DNA of 64,000 bases from Hormiphora californensis (lineage: Eukaryota; Animalia; Ctenophora), in assembly GCA_020137815.1 (NCBI GenBank), contig CM035356.1, positions 620,001-684,000 of the forward strand, in the 5' to 3' direction. Positions 50,301 through 61,784 of the stretch are shown piece after piece. The number at the start of each line of letters is the position of its first letter. Positions within the stretch are counted from its first letter, which is position 1. The translations under genes were made by a program, and so were the position numbers. A model generated the notes under the pieces. The model was not told where the DNA came from. It did not search any database and saw nothing but the letters and a program-made list of their open reading frames with translations.

Positions 50301-53066
50301 CGGTCAAAAAGTAAAACTTCATCACTCGCAGGCTCGTGAGGTAGTTAGACTTAGTGGCACTCGCAGGCTCGTGCACTAAAGTACAAGAATCTGCCTCGAC
50401 CTGTGGTCTCGGATCATTATTGTTGTACTTATAACACTCGACCTTCGGTCTCGTGTTATAAGTTTTCAGGTACAACTTATAGGCATAATAAAATCCTACA
50501 TTGTAAAATTTTGAGATATAATATAATTCTTTAGGTAGCACTGCTTGTACAACTTATAACACCCCCCAGTGTTATAAGTTTTCACTTATAACACCCCCAG
50601 TGATACATGAAAACTTATAACACCGCTGCACTTCGAACTCCTTACTCCACTGTTTCTGTCACACTTAGAAAGATACGCGTGTACGAACTCTCTCTCTCTC
50701 TCTCTTTCTTTATGTCACACTCACAAGTTGTTGCAGCACCGATATCAAGATAACAGTTACGAACTCCCGATCCCTCACATTCTCAATCTCTCTCACTCTC
50801 ACTAATCTCTCACTCTAGCTCTCTTTACTATACCTATCTCTGGCGTTATCTTATCTTATACTGATTTCTCTGCCTGCTACCTTATCATGAATTCGTTCTA
50901 TTGTTACGCCCTCAATATTCCTCTCACTCTTGTTTAAAAAATTTTACAATGCAATTTTATTATGCCTATTTTCGTTGTACCTGAAGTCAACAATAATGTC
51001 CCAGATTCTTACACTTTTAGACCTCGCAGGCTCGGTCAAAAAGTAAAACTACATCACTCGCAGGCTCGTGAGGTAGTTAGACTTAGTGGCACTCGCAGGC
51101 TCGTGCACTAAAGTACAAGAATCTGCCTCGACCTGTGGTCTCGGATCGTTATTGTTGTACTTATAACACTCGACCTTCGGTCTCGTGTTATAAGTTTTCA
51201 GGTACAACTTATAGGCATAATAAAATCCTACATAGTATGATATGATATCTAGTCGACATCATCTAGTCGACCTCTTGACTCTTCTAGCTCTCTCTCTCAG
51301 GCAAGAAGAATACAAGAACACGTACTAATGTACTATTCAGTAACTAAACTTGCTCTGGAATTCCTATTTACCTTGGAGGCCTTGCTGTTAGCGAATTGGG
51401 CCTGTTTCTTTCTAACGTAGTGAATAATGTAGATGGAAGTGATCACCACCACTATCAGAGGGACTATCACAAAGAGAGTAGTACAAATCATAATCCACAG
51501 CTTGTGGGGTAGTATCGGGGGATGAAACTGAGGAAGGGAGTGGAGGGAGTGTTACAAAATGATCATATATTCAGAATCCCTCTCCCCTGATAACATTATC
51601 ACATTACTTTATTTACCTGGAAAGTACAGGTGCCCCGTTCTGGACTAAACATGAACATGCTCATCCCAAAGAAGGGTCCTGCAGGAACAATTGCTCCGTA
51701 GATAAACATTGGAATCATCCAGAGGTTGATGTTGGAGGAGGAGTCACTCCGCATTACAAGGAAGGGATTCTTTATCATTATCACCTGATGGGAGGGTATC
51801 ATTCTATTTAACTTATCAGTTATCATTTATGTGTAACCAGTAACTGTAATTGTGAAAACTGGTTGAGACGCTTGTCAGCGCAGAATCAGACTGATAACGA
51901 TCTCCGATCGCGCGCGCGTGGTGATACCGGCGGGGTGGCGCCGGAAGTTTTAAGATCGGGGTACGGCGCGTGCCTGTCATGTGACTTGTGAATCGATGAG
52001 CTGTGACAATTGGGACAATCAACAAAGTGAGAAAATAAACAATTCCCCGCCAAACAGGGGTCATTTTAATTACCTTTGTCACCACAAGATACATGACAAT
52101 TTGGGTGGAACAGAGAGGGAAGTATATCTCGAAGAATCCCAGAACTAAACAGTACTGAAAAGAAGAATTGAGTTATACTTGTGTCTTTTGATATCACAGG
52201 TTCAAACTAAAAGTAAATTACAAATGGCTTCATTTCAATGATTCAATCAATTCATCAACCAATCTCTATTATAATTTGGAGATGAACGACGTCGAAGTGA
52301 TGGTCGTTCGTTCAGTGCGTTTCTACGCGACAGGCTGCTCCTTCATAAAACACTTTATAGGCACAAAGCTGTAAAGCTGCCATTTACACTTTTGGAACTT
52401 CCAGTGGAAGTTTGTTAATATTTTCGAATGACTTTTGACATGCCAGTCCCCATAGTTACCAATTCAGTTGCCATGGCAACCGTTTTATAGACGTTGAAAG
52501 GGGCAAAAATAACCAGCCGGCGAAGCCGGGTGGGTTATCAAAAAGCCCTTACTTGAGGCGCACCCAATGGGTGCGCTAGTTCATCAAATGATTAAATTGT
52601 ATCACAAATATTACCTCCGGAGGAAAGGGAAATCTTCCTGTACTGAGAAGGTATATAAAGTTGGGATATAGGACAATTCCACCTAGTAGATCAGTTATTG
52701 CTAGTATACGAATAAGAGATATTGTAATTACATCCATCGTTCTACGCCGTATCTTCGTTGTACTATAAATTATCAGTATATTTCCTGAAAGGGGTGTGTT
52801 ATTGTTAGGGATATAAAGATCTCGACCCCCAAATTAGTCACGATAGGCTAGCGGATTGGTTTTTATAGAAAAGAGTGGAATCACCCTTCACCGCACTAAA
52901 ACACCCGTCACCCCCTGATTCCCTGAACCAGCTTATACGAACCTATGAAGGCCATGAGGGCTATAATACAGTAGTATCCCACAGCAGGTATAGACTCGTA
53001 GAGAGGATAATCAATCACTTTATTCAAGGTCTTCTCGACCACGAACTTTGATACGTTCCACTTCAT
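47368..53066 (-). CDS. Rhodopsin-class (class A) orphan GPCR, 7 exons
   Basis: Exons 53066-52943, 52784-52615, 52154-52074, 51784-51617, 51527-51372, 48951-48797, 47803-47368, all phase-compatible. TM1 GN, TM2 LAITD, TM3 Cys, ECL2 Cys, TM5 P, TM6 CW, TM7 NPIVY. DRY is replaced by TKV. Confidence 0.85.
47870..48721. mobile_element. Non-autonomous TIR element with poly-G/poly-C ends and an 8-bp TSD, in GPCR intron 6
   Basis: TSD cattctgc at 47862-47869 and 48722-48729. TIR G(n)ccggctgaagtttttgaagttt / aaacttcaaaaacttcagccggC(n). Subterminal (aaaacttca)n arrays. Confidence 0.9.
48983..51232. repeat. Three copies of a ~750-bp unit: a 1520-bp perfect palindrome (48983-50502) plus a diverged direct copy (~50500-51232)
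   Basis: Symmetry centre 49742/49743 (ttacaatgt|acattgtaa). Mirror-identical ORFs 49279-49470(-)/50015-50206(+) and 49106-49315(-)/50170-50379(+). Confidence 0.95.
52263..52579 (+). mobile_element. Small non-autonomous Helitron-like element in GPCR intron 2
   Basis: Inserted between A and T. 5' TCTCTATTATAA; 3' hairpin gcgcaccca-a-tgggtgcgc ending CTAG; a second GC hairpin at ~52510-52536. Confidence 0.65.
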
Positions 53067-53825
53067 TATAACTACTACTACAGGGGGAAGGTGAGAGATT
53101 TAGGAAATGAGAAATATAACAAACATCTTGTGATTCTAAATCCTGCTCAAAAGGGTGTTTGGTAGGCTAAAAAGCTTCAAAAACTGATACTTGAAAACTG
53201 AAAGGAAAGTTAGGCACTCATGATGATGTAATATAGGAATGAAGCCTACTAAGCAGCATGTTAATTGTTAAAAGTTGCATATTGCATGAGGCATGGGATG
53301 ACTATCATAGTGTCAGGGTGGAAGAAGCATGGGAGGGAGGAAGATAGAGAGGGAGAGTGTGTTGTACGCTCGGTAGTGATGAAATATCGAGTGATGCCTT
53401 TAGTCAGCTGTATGTACTACTACCTTTTTGCTATTCCTTTACCTTGCATTAATTTACTGTACATTTTACTTGCTGACCAGATCAAAATAGTGCTTTAGAA
53501 GTTGTGAGAAAAGCTAAGTTTACGACTGAAAAACAGCGAGAAGTTATACGAATAGTTTGAACCACTCGTTCTATGCCGAGTATGTAGTAGTAGTAGTATG
53601 AAAAATGTTTTGTTCTTTAAGACGAATGACTAGTTTTTCGTTTTACTACAAGTGCCCCCGAACCAGTAATCTCATGGCTCACTGACCCCCCCCCCCCTCA
53701 CTGAGCGACTATCATTATCATGAGTTTGGGAGAGTCATAGTGGGGGACGCACAATTGCATAAATGACCATCCCATTTCAGAAATTACATTACAAACTGCA
53801 TCTTTAGGACACTATGGTGTTTGTC

Positions 53826-53932
<107 letters not shown>

Positions 53933-54547
53933 TGAGAGCTTGCTATGATTCAACCAGCACTCAGTTTGAATTTCTGTAAGTCTCTTCCCTCAGCAATCTG
54001 TCACTTGGTTGACCTTCCTTCACATCTTGTTTAGTGAAGGCCGTTACTCAACAATTGATAGCCCTATTTTGAAAAAAAAACACAAGATTGGGGCAGGTTC
54101 ATCCTGCAGTCATCCCCATACATGAAAATTTCAATTACGCAGAGAACCATGTGCCCTACTTGTTGTGACAGATCATTGTTACAAATAATGGTTGCTGATC
54201 TTTCGTCTGATCTAATTCCCCACAATAAAGCCTAAAAGTTAGTTTCTAAGTACCGTATCTTTGTAGTGATCTTCTCTCTCTCTGATATGTTACTGTCTGG
54301 TCTTGATCTTTAGTCGCAACTGCACAATATATTGTGCTATCTAATCGAAACTCTCTCTCCATTTTTCTCTCAACCTCATATCACCAGTCTCTGATTCTCT
54401 CCCTCTTCCTTTGATGTGTCCGTTTTGTGCCCTAGTATCATGACCGTTACATACATGTACATTGTGATGCTACCGGACGTTTTCTGGTGGTGTATTTTAG
54501 TCTGTAGCTGTGCACAAACTTAGCAAACCTTACTAAAAGGTAATGCA

Positions 54548-54550
<3 letters not shown>

Positions 54551-54634
<84 letters not shown>

Positions 54635-54644
54635 ACTCACTCTC
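54551..54644. repeat. (TC)n microsatellite
   Basis: Visible run. Confidence 0.95.
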
Positions 54645-57600
54645 AGCTAGCGCCAGGAGCCCCAGTGTGCCAATGGTGCAGCGTGTGACCACCCACATAC
54701 ACACAATTAGAGAAATAGCAACTCACTGTGCTCAGCCAACCAACACATGGGACGTGGGATTCTGCCCCTGATAGTCCAATATATGCCCATTATACTACCC
54801 AGACCAATGCAGTGTTATTACCACGAACTGGACCCTGCCAACAGTTGTCTCCCCAGTCATGAGTCCCCTGCCCTTCCTTCTTCCCCAACTTGAGGGGGTG
54901 AAATTTAGGTGTGTGTATGTGCTTGGAAGTAGTGTGTTTTATTTGATTAGTGCCCCGGGCAAATCAGAACATGTGTATAGAGTCACGTGGCACCTTGACA
55001 CCTGTATGAGTGGGTGTATGTGGGCTCATGTGTAATATAGTAGTGAAACCATGACTGGTAATACCATGCGACAAGCCAACTTTGTAGTTGGAATCTTTGC
55101 TGATTGATGATTCTTTGAAACAGCTAGAATTGATTGATTTTCAGTTACAAATGTCCCTTCTCAGTTTAAACTGCCTTGTCAGATCAGATTGGATCTTTTG
55201 TTTAGTGTGACAGGGAGTCCGCATCTTGCATCCTAAGTCACGTGACTTCCTTTCCCACACCTGATTGGTAGCTGGCTCCCTCTTCTGTGTATGTTTTCAC
55301 CCCCTTCTGTATGTTTCCCTCTTTGATCCTTGCTTGACTAAGTTTACACCTAGCTTGTATTTGAATCTCATTCCACGAGTACTGTCTATTTGTTAGCTAT
55401 TGATACTTCTCTATCCCATTATTTCTGCTACACTACGTCTAGGCCACAGGGTTCGCCAATATTATATGCTGCCTACTTCCGGTATACCTATTTTCGCATT
55501 GCATCTTTCAATGAAATTACTGCACCAACCCCCTCTCTCTCGCTACAAGTTACACTGTGTGCCTAGTGTCTACATCTCCGGTCATACTACTCGTGCATGC
55601 AGTCAGACTCAGAAGTGACCATGAAATCAATCGACAATGTCCGATGCAACGTGTTACGTATAGGCGGGGCTTGATGAACTAATGTCAAAACATTTTTAAT
55701 TCATGCAATGTTCAGTGTACGATTTGTATCGTAATTTGCACACGGGGCTTGTGTCTGGAATTCTACACAATTTTGACAGTGTCTGTAGCGTCAAACACCC
55801 CTAATAATTTCTAGTGCTTCCCTGACATGCAGCTGTTATAGCTTGCTGTCAATTTGTTACACTTGCAAACTTCCATCAATTAACAGAGCTGCAAATCTGT
55901 CATTCCAAACTCCATTCGTTATATATCTAGTCTCCAAATTGTGATCAAGTGTATTTTTTCCTAACTTGTTTTGGTGCTTTGCAAGCTGCACTGGTGTTGC
56001 TATGTGTGGTTTTATTCCCACGCTGTGTGTCCTGTGTTGAGGATGTGTTTGGTGCAGGACTGGGTAGGAATCCACTCAAGTGCAGCTCAACTCTAGCATT
56101 GCTTGCAAGTTGTTACTGTATTGTGAGTTGTTACTATATCTGGAGGTGGAGCAGACCACATTGTTTCGTGGGAATTATTGCTAATTGTACCCTTTGCTTT
56201 TGAGGATTTCTGGTTAGGACTCCAGGTTTCTAGAATCATGTTTCAAGGCCTTTGTTTAGCTGACTACTACTGCAGAGTGCAGAGGAAGGAAGATGTTGTG
56301 CTGCACTGTTCATGACAGAACTAGATATTATGGTAAATGTTTAGTTGGCATGGTATATGAAGACTATTCAACTAATGATCGAACGCACAGTAAATTTGAT
56401 CTTGCAGATGCTGCAGACAGATAATCGTCCTTTGGTTCTTGAACATAGCTTTTAGTAATAGTACAGCAGTAATAGTAGTACAGAGTTCAGTTCTCGATTC
56501 AAGTTGTATGAATGTCGGCTGTATTACTTCGTGAAATGAAAATACTTTGTCATAATCATTAATTAATACGTTTGTTGACCCAGTTTTTAGTTTTAGCCGC
56601 ACACTAGCAAGGTTCAAACTGTTAAGACGGCAAGACGAGTACCAACAACAAAGTGAATCAAAGGAGGCGGAAGTCGGCCGACAGCATGACCCGTCCACCT
56701 CCAAAATATGGGTCCTCTGAGATGATCTCTGACAGAAAACGAGCATCAGGTAATTAGGGGCATTTGGATACTATTGGTGAACCATATGTATCTATTGACT
56801 AAGAATCGATCAAACTAGAATTGTATTGAGAGAAACAACAAGCAGAATCGGAAAATCAGAAAGGCACTTAGCGGCACATGTGTTGAAGAGTGTAGCATTA
56901 TAGGTTCTGTAGTGCTCACAAAGAAACGATAAGAGATTCTGTAACGCATAGAAAAGATAGAATTGATTACTTAACGATCTTAGTCTCACCATTCTAAACA
57001 CACGATCATGTGTCTTGGCATTCCTCCTAGTGAGCAGCATTAACTTTATAATACACCGCCACTTCACCTCTCTCTCAGTGCTACCATGTTCCCTAATAAT
57101 TCCATGTTCCTGGGTGGTGCACATCATGATCTATCTTCCCAAAAGTAAAGCACTACTAATTAGATTCAACACCAATTCTAATTATAGCTTATCCCGGCCA
57201 CCATGATGTCTGAACTCATTAGACTCTGTAGCGTTCCCATGGTAACCAGAGGGTGGAGGTGAGACTTAATTAGCTGCCCCCACCAGGAGGGACCACCAAT
57301 GAGATAGAGTCAACAGAGAGAGGGTTGGAACATGATAGAGGGGTTTCAGCCTACTACCGACAATCCCTCTCTCTGTGTGGCTCATGACACTCTGTCATTA
57401 TGTGCCCTGATCGAGTTGATTCTCAGTCTGTACCCCATCGTTTCCTTTGAATCATCTTAACAGTTTTGCGTGTGTGTTTTACCAATTAACATGTTCATAC
57501 TTCCATGATTAATAGTTAAAAAGCCAACTTGACTGTGTCCCTGGTACATCTGCAGTACCTATTATACTAGGTACCTGATACTGGTATAACAGCAGCAGTA

Positions 57601-58274
57601 GACTTGGCCCCCTCGTCCCTAGACAAGTAAGTGTGATCCACTCCCACGCAAAACCAAGTGCAGCTGTTTATACTCTCTCTAGTGTTAAAACACCAGCCGC
57701 TCCGATCAACAGAACAGGAATGCAGTGCTTGCAGAAGCTGGGGGCACGTGTAACTATTCTTAAACTTCGTTCATTCAAAGGAAAATATAATCTAGTTACA
57801 TTTGCGAACCTTCCTTTCCAGAGCTGTTGCCTTGCGGATTTCCGTATCTTCTATCGTGGCAGCTTGTGATTTACCTCGCATGCAGCAGCAGGCGCCTTGA
57901 GATCTTACATTCGGATCTTGTATAGGGGAGAGCTACCAACGTTGGTCAACGTTGAAAACAAGGTGGGGCAGCTATTTATGGTTCTCTATCCCTCCATGTT
58001 CATGCTCTCAAATTATCAATGATGAACAAGAATTACAGTGAGATATAGCGTAAAAAGAGATATGACAAGTAGACCCCACCACCACAGATCACTGCACATC
58101 TGATGCTTGTCAGATATCACGTGACTGGTATCCTTGTTTCTGATTGGCCCACGTGACTACCACACTAGGCTTTTCTGCTTCCAAACTGATCCCAAGCAGT
58201 GTGTTTTCTGACCAGCTCGTACACACCAAGTGTTTTCTGATTTTTTTGTCCTTGTGTGTTTGACCAGAGTTCGC

Positions 58275-60827
58275 ATGATGTCAAGTGCGGGAAACTACGA
58301 GAACTGTGCTCCTGTTTTCGGTTCACCGCCCATATTCATTGTACCTCCTCCACCACCTCCAGTGGACTCAGAGCACGGTTCCTACACTTCTGTATCTGAT
58401 GATGAGGAAGAGGAGCAACTAATATGCCACTCTTCAGATGATCGTCCCCGAGAAAATGGTAGTTAAAAGCGTTACTGATCCTGTTACTAACTCTTCTGTT
58501 ACTAATTGTCCTGTGCCACTTCATCCGCGGTAGGAATAGTTTGAAATGATGAAATCGGTCCTAAAAACTCTGGTGTCATGTTTCCATTGTTCCTTTGTTA
58601 GTTTGCCTCCTACCTGGCCTAACCAGTAACCAACAACCACTGGATGGAAAACTTGGATACTGTCCAATTAATATGCACCTAGATATACACGGTGTTCATT
58701 TTGGATCTTTACAAGCGTTGGGCTTCACCCAGAAAAAAGTTGACAAGATTAGGTCGTGAAACTTCATACTTGGACTATTCTATACCCTCATTCAAGGTTC
58801 CTGGGGGTTTTGGAGCTCTAGTACCCCGGGAAGTGTGTTTTTGGCATCAAAACTACCAGAAGGAATTTTTTGCTGGTGCTGAGACTTTGCTAAAATGTTT
58901 TTTGGGTATTTTCTATGTCAATCCTAAAGTTTTATGGAGATTGGATGTGTTTTTCGGACTCAAAATTTCGTTAAAAGTGGCTGGAAAGGCTCGAAAACGG
59001 CTCAAAAACGGCAAAAATGGAGTCTTTCCAGCCACTTTCTATGACATTTTGAGTCCGAAAAACACATTCAATCTCCATGAAACTTTAGGATTGACATAGA
59101 AAATACCCAAAAAACATTTTAGCAAAGTCTCAGCACCAGCAAAAAATTCCTTCTGGTAGTTTTGATGCCAAAAACACACTTCCCGGGGTACTAGAGCTCC
59201 AAAACCCCCAGGAACCTTGAATGAGGGTATAGAATAGTCCAAGTATGAAGTTTCACGACCTAATCTTGTCAACTTTTTTCTGGGCGAAGCCCAACGCTTG
59301 TAAAGATCCAAAATGAACACCCTGTATTGTCCTCTCTCAAGCCGCACCCACCTTGTTTATACCCTCACCAAGTGCGATGGTTTATTGAGTTGAGCATGAG
59401 AGATAGGTTGAGGAAAGAAGACTGAAGAGAGAGGGAGGAAGAGTCTAGAGAGAGGGAGGGGAATGAAGGGGTGGACGTTGTTGTTGAGACAGGTGGCATT
59501 CAGATCCAGTTAGGCCCCCACACACTACCCTTCACACACAGAGAGGGAAACTATCTCGAGAGATGATCTAGTAGTAAATATATTGTTTGTGCATTGTGTT
59601 TCAATTTGAAAATGTAAGTCCTGATTCGGCGCTAGGACAAAAGTGAAAAGATGTTCGCTATAATCGGGGAGAACTAGAACTAGTTTTATTTCATAATGGC
59701 AGTGTGGTACTTTAGTTTTAGTTTATTCATCTCTCTCTCTCTCTTTTTGTTCCAGGACCGGTTTCGAGAGGAACGAAAAGTATGACGGACCTGGGTCTAA
59801 CCCGGGTCGTTCAGTTTAAACCCATTATCGAATCGCTAAACAGTCGGTAAGACTTTTACAATAGACGCTACAGATCATAAAATATTTAACTAAAAGTTTC
59901 AAAAGCATTAATAATTGCATTTTCGCAGTATTGAGCAGAAGCAGAAGGAGCAGCAAAATCAACAAAAGAGGCGATTAAGTGGAATACCAACCTCTAAAAA
60001 GGTTAGAACAACTAGCTAGCTGTAGGGGATGTCAACTTATCATTCATGTTCTTTGTTTAGGGAATGCTAGGCCGATAAATGTACTGGCAATAAACATTTG
60101 ATACATAGTAGGCTCCATGTCTCAGTCTAGTAAAGCAGGAGTAGGCGGTCATTTTGTTTTGAACATAATGAGCCTAGTCTCGAGGCTGATTATGTTCAAA
60201 ACAAAATGACCGCCTACTCTCAGCTTCTATATAACATCTGTATTCTAGGATTTAAAAAACTACAAAATATGTGCAGTTAGCCGGAACAGCGTAAAGTCAT
60301 TAGTTCCAGAATTGCAGTACAGTGTTGACAATCTAAAAAGGATAGAGACCGGCAATTTCGTTTAGCATTTCAACGCCTATGATATTGTCGAAGCACAAGT
60401 TATTTAGAATTGCAGTAAACATTGTCTCTCTCTCTCTTAGGTAATGTCGACAGCTGGAGGTGCAGTAGGGGAAATTAAAGTACAGAAACTTCTTCCGACA
60501 AAACTTCAACCAGCGACGTGAGTTAGAGATGAAACAATACATAAATTAGGGAAGAAACAAAGAAAAGTACGGCAATATAGAAAAATAAAATGAATGTTAT
60601 CTCATGCTTCGATATACTCTATCAGGCCATCTCCCGTAAACACGCCAAGTCCGTTCAAGGAAAAGTTTGAAATGGATTCACAGGAAAAACCGGAACAAAT
60701 ATCACCTGCTCCTTCATCAATAAAACCATCGAAAAAGGAGCAAGATGGAAAAGGAGCAGAACAAGTAAAGGCCAATATATTGGATACACTAACGACTCTA
60801 CCTCCGGAGGCACTGCTTCTAATCGAG
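58275..60827 (+). CDS. 5' part of an unknown multi-exon gene (Pro-rich/acidic, low complexity); probably continues downstream
   Basis: Exons 58275-58458, 59756-59846, 59929-60001, 60441-60517 and 60626-60827 join in one open frame with canonical GT-AG sites (phases 1,2,0,2). Confidence 0.6.
58688..59324. mobile_element. Tc1/mariner-type foldback MITE
   Basis: TA|CACGGTGTTC...GAACACCCTG|TA. Arms of about 300 bp are nearly perfectly complementary around a short spacer, and the track shows mirrored ORFs. Confidence 0.9.
60139..60219. repeat. 81-bp hairpin with a perfect ~31-bp outer stem
   Basis: gagtaggcggtcattttgttttgaacataat ... attatgttcaaaacaaaatgaccgcctactc. Confidence 0.9.
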
Positions 60828-61784
60828 GTAGGAATATATAAATATTTGCTATTGTGAGCTCTATCTCCCCCATCTCTCCCCCTCATTCTCTATCCCTCTC
60901 CCCCCTCTCTCCCTATCTCTCCAATCCAGCCGAATCTATTGTCGGTACGTTGTTGCACTTCAAAGGGGTGAAGTCACAGGTAACTGCTTTCAACAGTAAA
61001 ACTATGTAGACCGTGCACACCAAACAGTCATGTTTCAAAATAAGCACGAAATATATGGAACAGCTCTGTCGGCCCCAATTTTATTCGCTAATTAGAGAAT
61101 CTCTATTAATGTGTTGGCCAGTTGCAGAGGGAACCACGCAAAAATAGACACAGGCCACAATATCATAGTCGATCCACTGAGCTAGATGTCAATTTTCGGG
61201 ATTTTTGAAACCCACAATGCTGTTAACAGGGTGTGAACTGCATGTCGTGTTTGCTAGTCGCGAGCGCGCTTGCGAGACAAGCAAACACGTCAAGGTTCAT
61301 TAACAAGCATGCTGCTCAGTCATTTTAGATTTAATACACAATGTAAGGATACCATGTAATAGGTGAGACTCTTGCCGTCACCCTCGTTCAAGTCCCGTGA
61401 AAAACGGAGCAGTACACGCAAACTGATGCCCATTTTCCTCGCGTGACCCAGATTCAGCAGTTTGAGACACCAACTCTTTAGGGGGCCATATCTCAGGAAC
61501 CAGACAAGATAGGAAAAATCGCCGTCTAATGAGGCGTACAGTTTTTAATCTAGTTTACCACTGTACCGGCCGTTTCACTCTCCGACCTAAAACAAAAATC
61601 GCAACCCCACAAAACTTCAAAATAATGAAATTCGCATCTCGCATGTCGTGTTGCATGTCGTGTTGCATGTCGTGTCATGTTATTGACGCGCTCGCGTTCA
61701 ACTCTCACACAGCAACTGCAGAACATGGCGGGAAACATCGAGGAGTAGAGAGAGGGTCGGTGCCGAATCAAATATTTCTTGATC

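Noticed and set aside
49010-50541. Pairs of identical ORFs on opposite strands (also 58692-59347)
   Set aside because: A consequence of the inverted repeats, not genes
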